Assembly: GCA_016930515.1 (NCBI GenBank)
Contig: JAFGGO010000114.1
Location: 57,289-121,288, forward strand
Reading direction: 5' to 3'
Source: Promethearchaeota archaeon
GTDB lineage: Archaea > Asgardarchaeota > Lokiarchaeia > Sigyniarchaeales > SOKP01
Length of the DNA: 64,000 nt
In this document: one piece after another, positions 37,829-48,440 of the stretch
Numbering within the stretch: the first letter of the stretch is position 1
How the letters are laid out: each line of letters starts with the position of its first letter
Program-made: the position numbers and the translations under genes
Notes under the pieces: model-generated
Database searches by the model: none
The model's input: the letters and a program-made list of their open reading frames with translations, nothing else
Told to the model about the DNA's origin: nothing

Positions 37829-40747
37829 TTGTTTAACTTGGCAAAAAAAAAAAATAATAAAGAAGAGACTCAAAAGTCCTTGGATTTTTTCATGGGAGCA
37901 CATAAACCTAAAGGGGTAAAAAAAAAAACAGAACCTGAGGAATTAGCATCTAAACAAATGAAAGAAGAGTCAATAGGAAAAACAAGCTCACAAAACTCAA
38001 AAGATGAGGGACAGAAGGAACAACAAAGCTCTCCTAAGAAAAAAGAGCCGATCAAAATTCCACCAAAACTATATTTTAAGGAAAGAGAGCTCGATTTTGG
38101 AATGAAAGAAGACAACATCGAGCTCGAAATTTTAAAGAGAGAATCAGTAAGCTCAAAATACCTTCGTTACTTGATTAAAAAAGGGGATATCGTGGAGAAT
38201 CTCGATAGGGGATTATTATTAGATGTTGATTACGATGGTGGTCTCAACAAGGCATATTGCAAGTTTTACGATATAGATACTCAAGAAATAAAAATTTGGA
38301 TAGACACGACAAATCACCAACCTTATTGTATAAGCAAGCTCTCAAAAGACAAGCTTGAGAACAACATCGAATTAACTAATTACGAGGGTTTCAATCGTCT
38401 CGAAACGGTGGAAAGAACGGATCTATTACGCGACATTACTACAGAAATGACGAAGATATACGGAAAAACCCCTACGAACATAGGTGGTGCAGGAATCAAC
38501 ATTCGGAATATTTTAAACGGGGAGGCTTGGGAGGCGGATATTAGATATCACCACAACTACATTTACGACACGGGTCTGATTCCAGGATTGGTATATAAAA
38601 TTTCAAACGGAAAGATCGAAATTTTAAAAGGTGATGAAAATAAAAAAGCGGAAGAGATAGAACAAGTTACACATGATTTTATGGCTTTATTCAAGAACGA
38701 AAAGCCAGAAATGATGGATTTCGCCAAGAGAAATGTCGATATCTTTCTTGAACCAATCCCCGATGTGAAACGCTTGGCATTGGACATCGAAGTAATGATA
38801 GGAGAGCACGATTATAAGATTCCCGACCCTCGTCAAGCCAAACAGGAGATCATTAGCGTTTCATTCGTTTCAAACGACGGAAAAAAGCTTGTATATGTCC
38901 TAGAACGAGAAAATTTCGTTTTCGGTCCCCTTCACGAGAAATTTCCAAAGGATGCCAAGATTTATTTCTTCAAGGACGAAAAGATATTACTTACCGAGAC
39001 GTTCCGCATAATGTGGGAATATCCTATCATTATCACATTCAATGGAGATAATTTCGACTTGAATTACATGTTTCATCGCGCTAATAAATTGAAGATCCAC
39101 AAGGATTTAAACCCCATCAGGGTAAAACGTGGATTTGGTATGATGGCGCGCGCAGAGTGCGAACTTCTGAAAGGAGTGCATTTTGACGTGTATAATTTTT
39201 TTGCCAACCGGAGTATCTCGGGTTACGCGTTTGGGGGCGCTTACGAAAGGAACTCCTTGAACGCCATAAGTCTTGCATTACTTGGACGCGAAAAATATCA
39301 GCACGAAGAAGAAATACACGAGATGGATTATTCGGTACTCGCCTGGTACAATTTGAAAGATTCGATTTTAACATTGGAATTAACAACATTCAACGACTCT
39401 TTGACATGGAACTTGATAATCATCTTGTTACGGATTACCAAAATGCCTTTTCACGACTTAATCCGGCATCAAATATCGGCCTGGGTGAGAAATTTCTTCT
39501 TTTTCGAGCATAGACAAAAAAATTATCTCATCCCGCGCCGATCTGAACTTCAAGAACTCAAGCAGGGAGGGAATTCCAAGTCTACTATCGAGGGAAAGTC
39601 TTTTCAAGGAGCTTATGTCATTCCGCCAACTCCAGGCATCCATTATGACGTCGTGGTTATGGATTTCGCTTCCCTTTATCCTTCTATCATAAAGGAATAT
39701 AACCTTTCCTACGAAACCATTCAATGCCCTCATTTGGATTGCACTGATAACCTTCTCAAGGGAGTTCCTTACCACGCATGCACCCATAAAATGGGAATCT
39801 TTTCTTATGTAGTGGGATTTTTCAGGGACATTCGCGTCAAATTTTTCAAGCCAAAATCTGACGACAAGACCATCCCTTCAAGTCTTTCGAACTATTATCG
39901 GACAATACAACAAGCCCTTAAAGTTTTCATAAATTCTTCGTATGGAGTTTTTGGAAGTCAGAATTTTCCTCTTTTTTGTTTGCCGGTGGCCGAAAGTACC
40001 ACGGCCATTGGACGATACTCGATCAAGGAAACGATTAAGAAATCGGAGGGAATGGGTGTTAAAGTCCTCTATGGGGATACCGATAGTGTGCTTTTACTCA
40101 ACCCATCAAGGAATCAATTAGAAACTATATCCAAATGGAGCAAAAAGGAGCTCGATCTTGACTTGGAAGAGGAAAAAACCTATCAATTCCTAGCACTTTC
40201 CGAAAGAAAGAAAAATTACATTGGCATTTATAAAGATTCAAAATATATCGACATGAAAGGGCTCGTCGCAAAAAAGAAAAATACCCCAAATTTCATCAAA
40301 AAAATCTTTAGTCAACTCATAGACATCCTCAAGGATATCACGAATGAAACAGAATTTAAACAAGCGAGAAATAGAATAATTGAACTCGTGAGGGAAAATC
40401 AAAAAAAGATCGGAAAACCAGATACTTTCTCATTAGACGATTACGCCATAAACATCAGCCTTCAAAAGAGCATGGACAGTTACGACAAGGTAATCCCCCA
40501 GCATGTCAGCGCAGCAAAAGAGCTAGAAGATGTAACCAAAAGACAAATTCAGAAAGGAGAAGTCATATCGTTTATCAAGAGTAGGGGAAAAACGGGAGCA
40601 AAAGCCATCGAACTTGCAAAACTTCAAGACATTGACCCCAAAAAATACCAAGAACTCTTACGATCCGCTTTAGAGCAGGTCTTAGACGCGTTAGGCATAA
40701 CATTCGAAGAAATCAAGGGAATAAAAAAAATGGACGCTTTTTTTTAA
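37829..40747 (+). CDS. polB: Family B DNA polymerase (PolB1-like) with intact proofreading and polymerase motifs
   Basis: DIE, FNGDNFD, YNLKD, DFASLYPS, KVFINSSYG and YGDTDS. Confidence 0.95.
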   Translation: MFNLAKKKNNKEETQKSLDFFMGAHKPKGVKKKTEPEELASKQMKEESIGKTSSQNSKDEGQKEQQSSPKKKEPIKIPPKLYFKERELDFGMKEDNIELEILKRESVSSKYLRYLIKKGDIVENLDRGLLLDVDYDGGLNKAYCKFYDIDTQEIKIWIDTTNHQPYCISKLSKDKLENNIELTNYEGFNRLETVERTDLLRDITTEMTKIYGKTPTNIGGAGINIRNILNGEAWEADIRYHHNYIYDTGLIPGLVYKISNGKIEILKGDENKKAEEIEQVTHDFMALFKNEKPEMMDFAKRNVDIFLEPIPDVKRLALDIEVMIGEHDYKIPDPRQAKQEIISVSFVSNDGKKLVYVLERENFVFGPLHEKFPKDAKIYFFKDEKILLTETFRIMWEYPIIITFNGDNFDLNYMFHRANKLKIHKDLNPIRVKRGFGMMARAECELLKGVHFDVYNFFANRSISGYAFGGAYERNSLNAISLALLGREKYQHEEEIHEMDYSVLAWYNLKDSILTLELTTFNDSLTWNLIIILLRITKMPFHDLIRHQISAWVRNFFFFEHRQKNYLIPRRSELQELKQGGNSKSTIEGKSFQGAYVIPPTPGIHYDVVVMDFASLYPSIIKEYNLSYETIQCPHLDCTDNLLKGVPYHACTHKMGIFSYVVGFFRDIRVKFFKPKSDDKTIPSSLSNYYRTIQQALKVFINSSYGVFGSQNFPLFCLPVAESTTAIGRYSIKETIKKSEGMGVKVLYGDTDSVLLLNPSRNQLETISKWSKKELDLDLEEEKTYQFLALSERKKNYIGIYKDSKYIDMKGLVAKKKNTPNFIKKIFSQLIDILKDITNETEFKQARNRIIELVRENQKKIGKPDTFSLDDYAINISLQKSMDSYDKVIPQHVSAAKELEDVTKRQIQKGEVISFIKSRGKTGAKAIELAKLQDIDPKKYQELLRSALEQVLDALGITFEEIKGIKKMDAFF

Positions 40748-40780
40748 ATTTTTTTCTATAAATGGCAACAATTTTTTTAC

Positions 40781-41845
40781 TCATAAGCATAGATACGCAA
40801 TTAACATTATTATTGCACAGAAAATTGGGTTTAACATATTATCATCGATGCACGGGTCGAGTGCGTCAACTAATAGAAAGATTAATGCTCCCGATAATGA
40901 CATCAAGCATATTTTTATCAATGTTAATCCTTCTCCAAAAATCCAAAACGATAAGAAACACACTCCAAATGACGCCAAAAAACCTGCAATACATCCAATG
41001 ATCGTTTTTTTTGATTTTTTCGAAACCTTCGTTTTACCAAACCTTTTTCCAACAATTGATGCTGCCGCATCTCCCAGGGTGGCGATCAAGGATGCCGCGC
41101 AAAACACCGGAAATGGAAAAATAAATAACACGGCTAGCGTTAAAACCATTGCGGTTGGCTTGGTGAACTCGTAAACCTCTTGACGCTTGATAGTTTTTCC
41201 CAATAAGGAAATGACCTTATCGGGAAGAAGGTGATAAATACCCTTTTTATAAACATGTATAGAGAGCCTCACATAATCAAGAACGGCAAAAGCCAAGATG
41301 CCAGAATATCCAATTGTGAATATGAGTAATCTCCCATAATATTCCCCGCTGATGCCCCACGCGAGGTCTTGTCGCCAAATATTGCCCCATATATAGACCG
41401 AATATACCCAGAGAAAGATGATCATTCCCGCAGGAAAGAGATGCAAGGCCTTCCGAGTCACGTCAGTTTTATAAGAATGATGATCGTTATTGTTTTTATG
41501 GTCGTAGCTTGTAAGAAAATCTGAGAGATTTCTTCTTTCTTTTATAGTTCTATCTTTTTTTATCTTTCCCTTTTGGTAGTATAAAATTAACAACAACACG
41601 AGAGGAGCTATAATGCAGATAGAAAAAGTGCTCAAATATAAATACATCTCTAACACCGGAATATCCGCTGTGAAATAAAGCGGATACATTATTCCTGCTG
41701 CGATCCATAAAGAGAATAACACAATCGTGTCGTAAAAATTATGTTCTCTTGGATACTTTGAGTTCAGTTTTACACCATAGAAAAGATGAATAAAAGCGTT
41801 TGCAACAAATAAAATGCTAACAGGGAGAGTAATCCAATAATACAC
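40781..41845 (-). CDS. CTP-dependent polyprenol/phytol/diacylglycerol kinase family membrane protein
   Basis: RKALH, GDAAASIVGKRFGK, KKTIIG and IDDN. Confidence 0.8.
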   Translation of the reverse strand: MYYWITLPVSILFVANAFIHLFYGVKLNSKYPREHNFYDTIVLFSLWIAAGIMYPLYFTADIPVLEMYLYLSTFSICIIAPLVLLLILYYQKGKIKKDRTIKERRNLSDFLTSYDHKNNNDHHSYKTDVTRKALHLFPAGMIIFLWVYSVYIWGNIWRQDLAWGISGEYYGRLLIFTIGYSGILAFAVLDYVRLSIHVYKKGIYHLLPDKVISLLGKTIKRQEVYEFTKPTAMVLTLAVLFIFPFPVFCAASLIATLGDAAASIVGKRFGKTKVSKKSKKTIIGCIAGFLASFGVCFLSFWIFGEGLTLIKICLMSLSGALIFLLVDALDPCIDDNMLNPIFCAIIMLIAYLCL

Positions 41846-42140
41846 GAGATATCAAGCAAATAAAGGTTAATTTTGAGCATTAATTAGCGCTATTTGAGCA
41901 CCAAAATTAAGGCTTGGATTAATATCTTTTGATTTAAATAACTCATGATTTTAATGGAATATGTTTTACCGAAAGAAAAATAATAAAATTACTTGATCTA
42001 TATTTAAAAATAATTTAGCGAGATAGCACAAGAAATAAGTAATAAAATTCTAATTTTCCCAATTAACTGCAATCTTAAGGAAAAAAGGTTTAAATAAAAA
42101 TCAGTAAAAATAGTAAAAATAATAATAATAATTATTAGAT

Positions 42141-42416
42141 TTAGAAGGTCAAGAGTATGTTTTCGAAAGCCTTATGAATCTTGTCCTTATTTTCACCAAG
42201 CATGTCGTCGAGCTTGATCTTGAGGTCAAGTAAAGACGAAATACTTTTTACGATGAGGTTTTCGGAAGTCGATTTAATAGGGTCTTTTCCCTTGCTAAGT
42301 TCTTCTACTCGCTTTATCATGGCTTCTTGATATTCTTGAGCCGTCGAGTTTCTCAATTCAGTTGACTTTCTTATTTTTAATCCGGTTTTAGGATCGATTT
42401 CTTCCACCATTTGCAT
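42141..42416 (-). CDS. Small hypothetical protein downstream of tes
   Basis: GGTG RBS overlapping the intergenic gap; 13 nt after the tes stop. Confidence 0.65.
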   Translation of the reverse strand: MQMVEEIDPKTGLKIRKSTELRNSTAQEYQEAMIKRVEELSKGKDPIKSTSENLIVKSISSLLDLKIKLDDMLGENKDKIHKAFENILLTF

Positions 42417-42429
42417 TCACCTATTGAAT

Positions 42430-44196
42430 TTATTGTTCGTCCTCTTTCTTTTTAATTCCACCATTTTGAGCGATTCCGGTTTGCATCGGGATGTCGTCGT
42501 ATCTCATGCCGGTGGTAGTGTCAAATTCATTCTCAACTTTTTCGGTGATTTTCTTCGCAACTTGCCTTTCAATTCCTTCTCGATGGAACGTGTTCATCGT
42601 GCAGAAGGAGCATTCTCGAACGCCACCATCGGGCATCGCCACGCCAAAATGTACTATGCACCGTTTCGCTCGTTCTGCGTCAAAGTTGTAGGCGTCTTGG
42701 AAGTGCATACTAGAAATTAAGAGCGATCCGTGCGTGAAAGCGCTTACAGACTCCCAATCACCATTGATCAGTAATTTGCTGAACATTTCCATAAGCTTTC
42801 CAGGCTTTTTCGTGTATTGAAGAACGCCTAAGAGGAATCGAGCTCTAAGTTGAGCTTTATCGAGCGTATTTAAGCCCTTATCGAGCATCTCACCAAAGCC
42901 CTTACCAATACCACCGATACTATCGAATAACGGAGTAAAGACGCTAATTGGCTTTTTTTCCTTATGCTTGATTTTTTCCCAAAATCTATTGGCAAAGTCG
43001 ATGACTTTTAACGGATCAAAATACTCCATGATGGGAATCATTTCGCTCGTGGTGGGATCGAGTGCCATATAAGTAGCAAATCCGCAGTCAGGGTGGCATG
43101 TGAACTCCACAGGCTCTACATCGGCAAGATACGCAATGATCCTTCCTAATTCCGTGATGGTGGAGAGCGGATACCACGCGTTTTCGATACCTATCTTTCC
43201 TTTTGTCTGTCTGTCGACTTCCTGAATTACATCGGCGTTCGTGATTCGAAGGTTGGTCATTTCCTCGTGCGATATACGACCACATAACGATACGGGCTGG
43301 AACGTGATGCCTCTCACGACATCAATATTGTCTATGGCATATTGGATGATGTTTCCAACTTCCATATCAGTTATTCCTTTAGCGATGGTGGCAACTAAAA
43401 CCACTGAAGAAAGACCCGCTTTTCGGCAATTATCAATAACCCTTTGCTTGTATGCCATCAAATTCTTGATGCCACGAGTTTTTTCGTATGTTGCATCGTT
43501 TATACCATCAAATTGAAGATATAGGGTGTCCACACCCATCTCGTGAACATGCTTGGTCCATTCCAAGCCACCGTTCTTTTTTTGAAAGCCATAACCGTTA
43601 GTTGCAACAATCACTTCCTTAAAACCGTGATCTTTAGCCATTTTACAGATTTCTGGAAAATCTTTTCTAACCGTGGGTTCGCCGCCCGTAAACATTATTG
43701 CGACGGCCGGTATGGGTTTTTTCCTGAAATGCGTCATGACCCTATCGATTTCTTCGAGCGTGGGCTCAATCCAGTATCCAGCTTTAGTAACATTTGCATA
43801 GCAGAAGTTACAGTTAAAATTACAACGGTTAGTCAAGTCTATGAGCGCCAACTGACAGGTTGAAATGTGCTCGCTGCATAAACCGCAGTTATAGGGACAT
43901 CCCCTCATGTCAGTAACTTCGCAATCGGGAGGATTGGTCTCGCCGTTTTTGAGAAATTGCCACTCAACTTCGCCCTTCTCATTTCGTTGAGCGTAATGCG
44001 TCCACTTGTAATATTTAGCGCTAGAAGAAATCTTGTCAGAAAAAGCGCCATGCTCAGGACATGTCTTTTTCATAAATATTTCGTCGTTTTCTTCGACAAT
44101 TTCCGCGTTAATAGGTTGCAAGCATTCGGGACAAACCGAACGAGTCTTGGCGTAGAATGGCGTTTTTAAATAGTCAGTTCCGTCAATATGATACAT
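42430..44196 (-). CDS. tes: Tetraether lipid synthase (radical SAM, MJ0619/GDGT-MAS family)
   Basis: CPEC...CPEH rubredoxin-like site, CPYNCGLC..H auxiliary cluster, CNFNCNFC radical-SAM motif, FTCHPDCG and MHFQDAYNFD.ER..RC. Confidence 0.85.
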   Translation of the reverse strand: MYHIDGTDYLKTPFYAKTRSVCPECLQPINAEIVEENDEIFMKKTCPEHGAFSDKISSSAKYYKWTHYAQRNEKGEVEWQFLKNGETNPPDCEVTDMRGCPYNCGLCSEHISTCQLALIDLTNRCNFNCNFCYANVTKAGYWIEPTLEEIDRVMTHFRKKPIPAVAIMFTGGEPTVRKDFPEICKMAKDHGFKEVIVATNGYGFQKKNGGLEWTKHVHEMGVDTLYLQFDGINDATYEKTRGIKNLMAYKQRVIDNCRKAGLSSVVLVATIAKGITDMEVGNIIQYAIDNIDVVRGITFQPVSLCGRISHEEMTNLRITNADVIQEVDRQTKGKIGIENAWYPLSTITELGRIIAYLADVEPVEFTCHPDCGFATYMALDPTTSEMIPIMEYFDPLKVIDFANRFWEKIKHKEKKPISVFTPLFDSIGGIGKGFGEMLDKGLNTLDKAQLRARFLLGVLQYTKKPGKLMEMFSKLLINGDWESVSAFTHGSLLISSMHFQDAYNFDAERAKRCIVHFGVAMPDGGVRECSFCTMNTFHREGIERQVAKKITEKVENEFDTTTGMRYDDIPMQTGIAQNGGIKKKEDEQ

Positions 44197-44461
44197 GTTG
44201 AATTATCACATTTTTTATTTTGTTTTTAATATAAAAATCGTTTTTTTTAAAGATTTACTTAATCATTTATTTATACAAATAAATAAATAATTTTTACTTT
44301 TTAAATAATTAGTTATTTATAGTTTTTAAGATTTTTCGTATTTTTTACTTTTCATACTCGGAAAAGTATGATCTCAAAAATCGTAAAAAAACCTAAAAAA
44401 AGGAGGGTTTTCTGTATATTTTTTTTTAATCTGATTACGATTTTAAGCAAATAAAAAATGG

Positions 44462-45874
44462 TTATTTAGAATATTCCTCAATTAAACTCGTTCTTAGAAG
44501 GTGTAAAGCGTTGCTTATACTTACTTTATATGCTTTTGGAGATAATAATCGCTTGGAGTCTTCCGAAAGGTGTTCAATGTCATCTTCCATTCTTTTTCTT
44601 GCTTCGGGCCACTTACCTAGCGGTTTCACGAGCTCTCCATTTTCCGTTTTCAACATCAATAAGGACTCTATCCGAGAAGGATTTGAAACGACATAATTTC
44701 TCATGGGATTTAAAGGATCGTAAACGATATCGTTATCAAGAGTAGTTTTTTCGACGAGTTCCATTACATCACCCATCATCTCATCATTCTCGTCGTAAAT
44801 TCGAAACAAATTCTTTTTTGAAGGAATGGTCATTTTTTCGACTTCGCTTGCGATTTTTATCTTTGGCGTACCTTCGAGCGAAACGAGCTTATATACTCCT
44901 CCCAAGGCGGGATCGTCAAAACATGTGGCTATTTTTGTCCCAATACCCCATATATCTACCTTTCCGCCGTTATTCTTTATTTCAGTAATCAAATGCTCGT
45001 CAAGGTCGTTAGAAGCAACGATCTTAGCATCTTTAAAGCCTGCATCATCAAGTAATTTTCGGACTTCCTTGCTAAAATAGGTTAAATCGCCCGAGTCAAT
45101 TCGCACGCCTAATAATTTCTTTCCTTTTTTTTTCAGCTCTTTGCCGACGATAATTGCGTTCTTGCACCCCTGGATTATGTCGTATGTATCAATTAACAAA
45201 AGGCAGGAATCTGGATAAACATCCGCGTAAGCTCGAAACGCATCCAGCTCGGAGTCAAAGGCCATTACCCATGAATGAGCTTGTGTTCCCGATACATCTA
45301 TTTCATACATCTTTCCCGCAAGAACATTTGAGGTTCCCTTAAATCCACCAACCATGACAGCCTCACTTGCTTTTAAACCACCATTAGGTCCTTGAGCTCT
45401 TCGCAATCCAAACTCCAATATGGATTGCTTTCCCGATGCAAGCCACATTCGATTCGCCTTGGTGGCACACAATGTCGAAAAATTTATGGTATTCAATAGA
45501 TAGGTTTCCACAAGTTGGCATTGAATAAGAGGTCCTTCTATTTCGATTATTGGCTCATAAGGAAACACGACCCGACCATCCTCGACGGCACGAATGGTTA
45601 ATTCACATTCCCAATGTGCCAAATAATCCAAGAATTCCTCCGAAAACATCTGTTTTTCTTGTAAAAAATAGATTGATTCTTCGGAATATTTCATCGAGCA
45701 TAAATCCCTGATGGCGTTGTTTATTCCATAACACACCGCATAGACGCCTTTAAATGGAGCTTTTCGAAAAAATACATCAAAAACTGCTGTTTGGTCTGCC
45801 AAGTCTTTCTCGAGATAGGCGTTAGCCATTGTTAATTGATAAAAATCCGTAAGCAAGGAGTAATCGCAATTCAT
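44462..45874 (-). CDS. pncB: Nicotinate phosphoribosyltransferase
   Basis: LLTDFYQLTM, EFGLRRAQG, GTQAHSW, LIDTYD, RIDSGDL and GGVYKL. Confidence 0.95.
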   Translation of the reverse strand: MNCDYSLLTDFYQLTMANAYLEKDLADQTAVFDVFFRKAPFKGVYAVCYGINNAIRDLCSMKYSEESIYFLQEKQMFSEEFLDYLAHWECELTIRAVEDGRVVFPYEPIIEIEGPLIQCQLVETYLLNTINFSTLCATKANRMWLASGKQSILEFGLRRAQGPNGGLKASEAVMVGGFKGTSNVLAGKMYEIDVSGTQAHSWVMAFDSELDAFRAYADVYPDSCLLLIDTYDIIQGCKNAIIVGKELKKKGKKLLGVRIDSGDLTYFSKEVRKLLDDAGFKDAKIVASNDLDEHLITEIKNNGGKVDIWGIGTKIATCFDDPALGGVYKLVSLEGTPKIKIASEVEKMTIPSKKNLFRIYDENDEMMGDVMELVEKTTLDNDIVYDPLNPMRNYVVSNPSRIESLLMLKTENGELVKPLGKWPEARKRMEDDIEHLSEDSKRLLSPKAYKVSISNALHLLRTSLIEEYSK

Positions 45875-45977
45875 AATATAACCAAGATTGTTTTAAAATA
45901 TAAATGGCTACGAGTTTTAAAAAACCTTTTCGATGTTCAAATCTATGTAAATTTTACTTTAATCAACGCTAATATTT

Positions 45978-46916
45978 CTATAACTTCACGAGCTTTCTAA
46001 CATTTTTTACTATATGCATTTTAAGAAAATTATCCTTGGTGAGCTTTCCATTTCCGCTTACTCTATCGTTTTTCTTTAAATCAATATCGTCATGAAGCTT
46101 ATCGCTTATTCTAAGATTTAAAGCATCGATCTCGACAATAGCTTCTTCTTTATAATCGCTCTTTTTTTGTACTCTCGGCCCAATACGCGCTCCAGTGAGC
46201 TTTACAATGTAATAGATGGATATATTTCCTTGGAAGTCTTGTTCTTTTCTCTCTAACTCTTCTACTGTTCCATCGTAAATAGTTACGCTCTTATCGACGA
46301 AATTACTAAGCAGCGATTCTTCAGAACTTTCATCGACGAGCCTGAATTCTTTCTCATCTTGCGCCTCTTGATCGGCCTTTATTTTGATCGAAATAATTTT
46401 TTTCTGAAAATCATTTGGTAATTTTGTCAAGCTCCAATTTTTAAGATCGAACCATCCCTGTTTCAACGAAAATATAAACCCTACCCAAAAATGACTGCAC
46501 AATCCCATTGCTGAGCCAATCCTACAATCGCAATCGCGTTCAGGGTCGTCAATATTTTCGTCTGTGATTGACAAGTAAGATATCACCTCCCAGTTCATGC
46601 CCTTGAAGCCTATTTCTACCTCGTGCTCTTTTTCATTTACTATTTTCAAGCTTGAAATCGATTCTTGATCGATACCACTAATTTTATTAAGTGCTAAATC
46701 GATACCCTCATTGATTATTTCAAGTTCCTTTTTTTCGATAAGTTCCTTTAATTCCTCTTCAGCGAGAGAATCTAAAATGAAATCTATCAAATCAGATTTT
46801 TTTAGCTTTGAAAATCCCTTGATATTAAAATCCCTACAAATCTGCTTCAAGTCGTTTACATTTGGGTATTGTAATAAATAAGACAGGTATTTTTTATCGT
46901 CAATTTTTCTACTCAT
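45978..46916 (-). CDS. Putative nucleic-acid-binding protein: Rho-N/SAP-like HeH + SWIM Zn finger + OB-like domain
   Basis: DLKQICRDFNIKGFSKLKKSDLIDFIL, CDC...CSH and a beta-rich C-terminus. Confidence 0.6.
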   Translation of the reverse strand: MSRKIDDKKYLSYLLQYPNVNDLKQICRDFNIKGFSKLKKSDLIDFILDSLAEEELKELIEKKELEIINEGIDLALNKISGIDQESISSLKIVNEKEHEVEIGFKGMNWEVISYLSITDENIDDPERDCDCRIGSAMGLCSHFWVGFIFSLKQGWFDLKNWSLTKLPNDFQKKIISIKIKADQEAQDEKEFRLVDESSEESLLSNFVDKSVTIYDGTVEELERKEQDFQGNISIYYIVKLTGARIGPRVQKKSDYKEEAIVEIDALNLRISDKLHDDIDLKKNDRVSGNGKLTKDNFLKMHIVKNVRKLVKL

Positions 46917-47182
46917 AACATTTCATCTATTTTATAAGAATTTATAACTCTTATAATGCTTTTAGGTTTTGTTTAAAAAAAAAAGTAATACCAGACCAAA
47001 TTGCTATTAAAATAAGATCGATTTCAATTAAATCTGGTTCAAGACTTTTCCATTATTAAAGTAATGAACTTTTCAGGTGAGGAAAAAACTTATATATGTA
47101 ATTTTTTATGTATATATTCGGTATTATGTATTTAATCATTTACTTTTTTTATTAAGGAATATCATTTAGGTGAGTTTAAAAA

Positions 47183-47398
47183 ATGTCAGAAGACCAAGAC
47201 AAAAACATATTGGATGAGTTCGGGGATGAAAAATTCGCCGAAGAAACAAGTAAGAAATATTTAGATTACGAGCAATCTTACAACGCTCATTTCAAGGAGA
47301 AAAGCGCCCTTGAAGATTACCCGTATCCAACCGAGGAGAGTGCCAAAAATAAGATGGAAACCGACTTCGAAAAGTCGTTCGAAAGTCATTTCTATTAA
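47183..47398 (+). CDS. Small acidic hypothetical protein
   Basis: GGTGAG RBS, upstream TTATATAT box and downstream oligo-T. Confidence 0.65.
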   Translation: MSEDQDKNILDEFGDEKFAEETSKKYLDYEQSYNAHFKEKSALEDYPYPTEESAKNKMETDFEKSFESHFY

Positions 47399-47592
47399 AT
47401 TATGTTTTTTCCTTTTTTTTATTTGAACCTTTTAAAACATTATCAATTACCCATATTTCTGCTTCGTTTATTATTCTAAGGCAAAAAAAGTGAATAAAAA
47501 ATAATTGATAATTATAAATTGATGGAATTTATATTATAACTTAGAGAATCTGGAAAAAAAAAATTTTAACAGCAATCCAAAATTAAAATTAA

Positions 47593-48078
47593 TTGAACAA
47601 AATCGAAATAAACAAAATGTCAGAAAAAGATATATGGACCATTAAGCTCGATTGGCTCAATATAATCCATTACTTGGGATTGGATTCCATAGACGAGATA
47701 CCTGAGTTAAAGAGGGAAAAGGCTATAAAGAAAATAACGAAACTCCACGGATCCGAAAAATTAATGGAACTCGATTCGAAAGAATTAGAGGAACTAGTCG
47801 CAAGCGAGCTATTAGATTCAATGAAAAAGGAGTTGTCCACGAAAGCTAAAAAACAGGAACAAGTAGAGCGGGACATCCAAAACAAATTCATTCCGTTTAA
47901 AAATGGCGGCATTATAAACATTAATCAGAAAGACCTCAAGGATCTTGACATTGACCTCAATGGAGACCCAACGGAAATCCTAAAAAAATTAGCAGAAAAG
48001 TTTTTTCGGCCAGGTAGCGACGATGACGACGACGACAACGATCGCTACGACGAAGACCACACTGGTTATTATATTTAA
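47593..48078 (+). CDS. Hypothetical protein with Asp-rich C-terminal tail
   Basis: Helical, charged ORF ending DDDDDDNDRYDEDHTGYYI. Confidence 0.65.
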   Translation: MNKIEINKMSEKDIWTIKLDWLNIIHYLGLDSIDEIPELKREKAIKKITKLHGSEKLMELDSKELEELVASELLDSMKKELSTKAKKQEQVERDIQNKFIPFKNGGIININQKDLKDLDIDLNGDPTEILKKLAEKFFRPGSDDDDDDNDRYDEDHTGYYI

Positions 48079-48134
48079 TTTCTTACCAATTATTTTCTAT
48101 ATTGAAAGAAAAAACGATTTATTTTTTACTTTTT

Positions 48135-48440
48135 CTAAACGCTTAAAAACATCAAATTGTCTTTAGATTCAACGAGCTTGAGATCACGCAATGAAGACAA
48201 TTTTTCTACACCTTTTTCGTAGATTTCTACAAGATTTTCTTTAGAGATATTAGAACAGTGGAGAAGGAGTTGTCTATTTTTGATCAAATTTTTAAGAATA
48301 TTTTTTAACTCTCCTGAGTTAATTTCATTCGCGTTTGAAAGGTAAGAGGATAAATACGATCGAATCAATCTCCTGTCGAATTGCTTATTAAGCAACCTCA
48401 TTTCGTTAGACTCCATTAAAAATACATTTTCATAAATCAT
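48135..48440 (-). CDS. Hypothetical protein
   Basis: 101-aa ORF divergent from padR. Confidence 0.5.
   Translation of the reverse strand: MIYENVFLMESNEMRLLNKQFDRRLIRSYLSSYLSNANEINSGELKNILKNLIKNRQLLLHCSNISKENLVEIYEKGVEKLSSLRDLKLVESKDNLMFLSV

Noticed and set aside
37843-37854. Poly-A tract at the polB 5' end as a phase-variation or frameshift site
   Set aside because: It is in frame as Lys codons, and long A/T runs are common throughout this AT-rich sequence.
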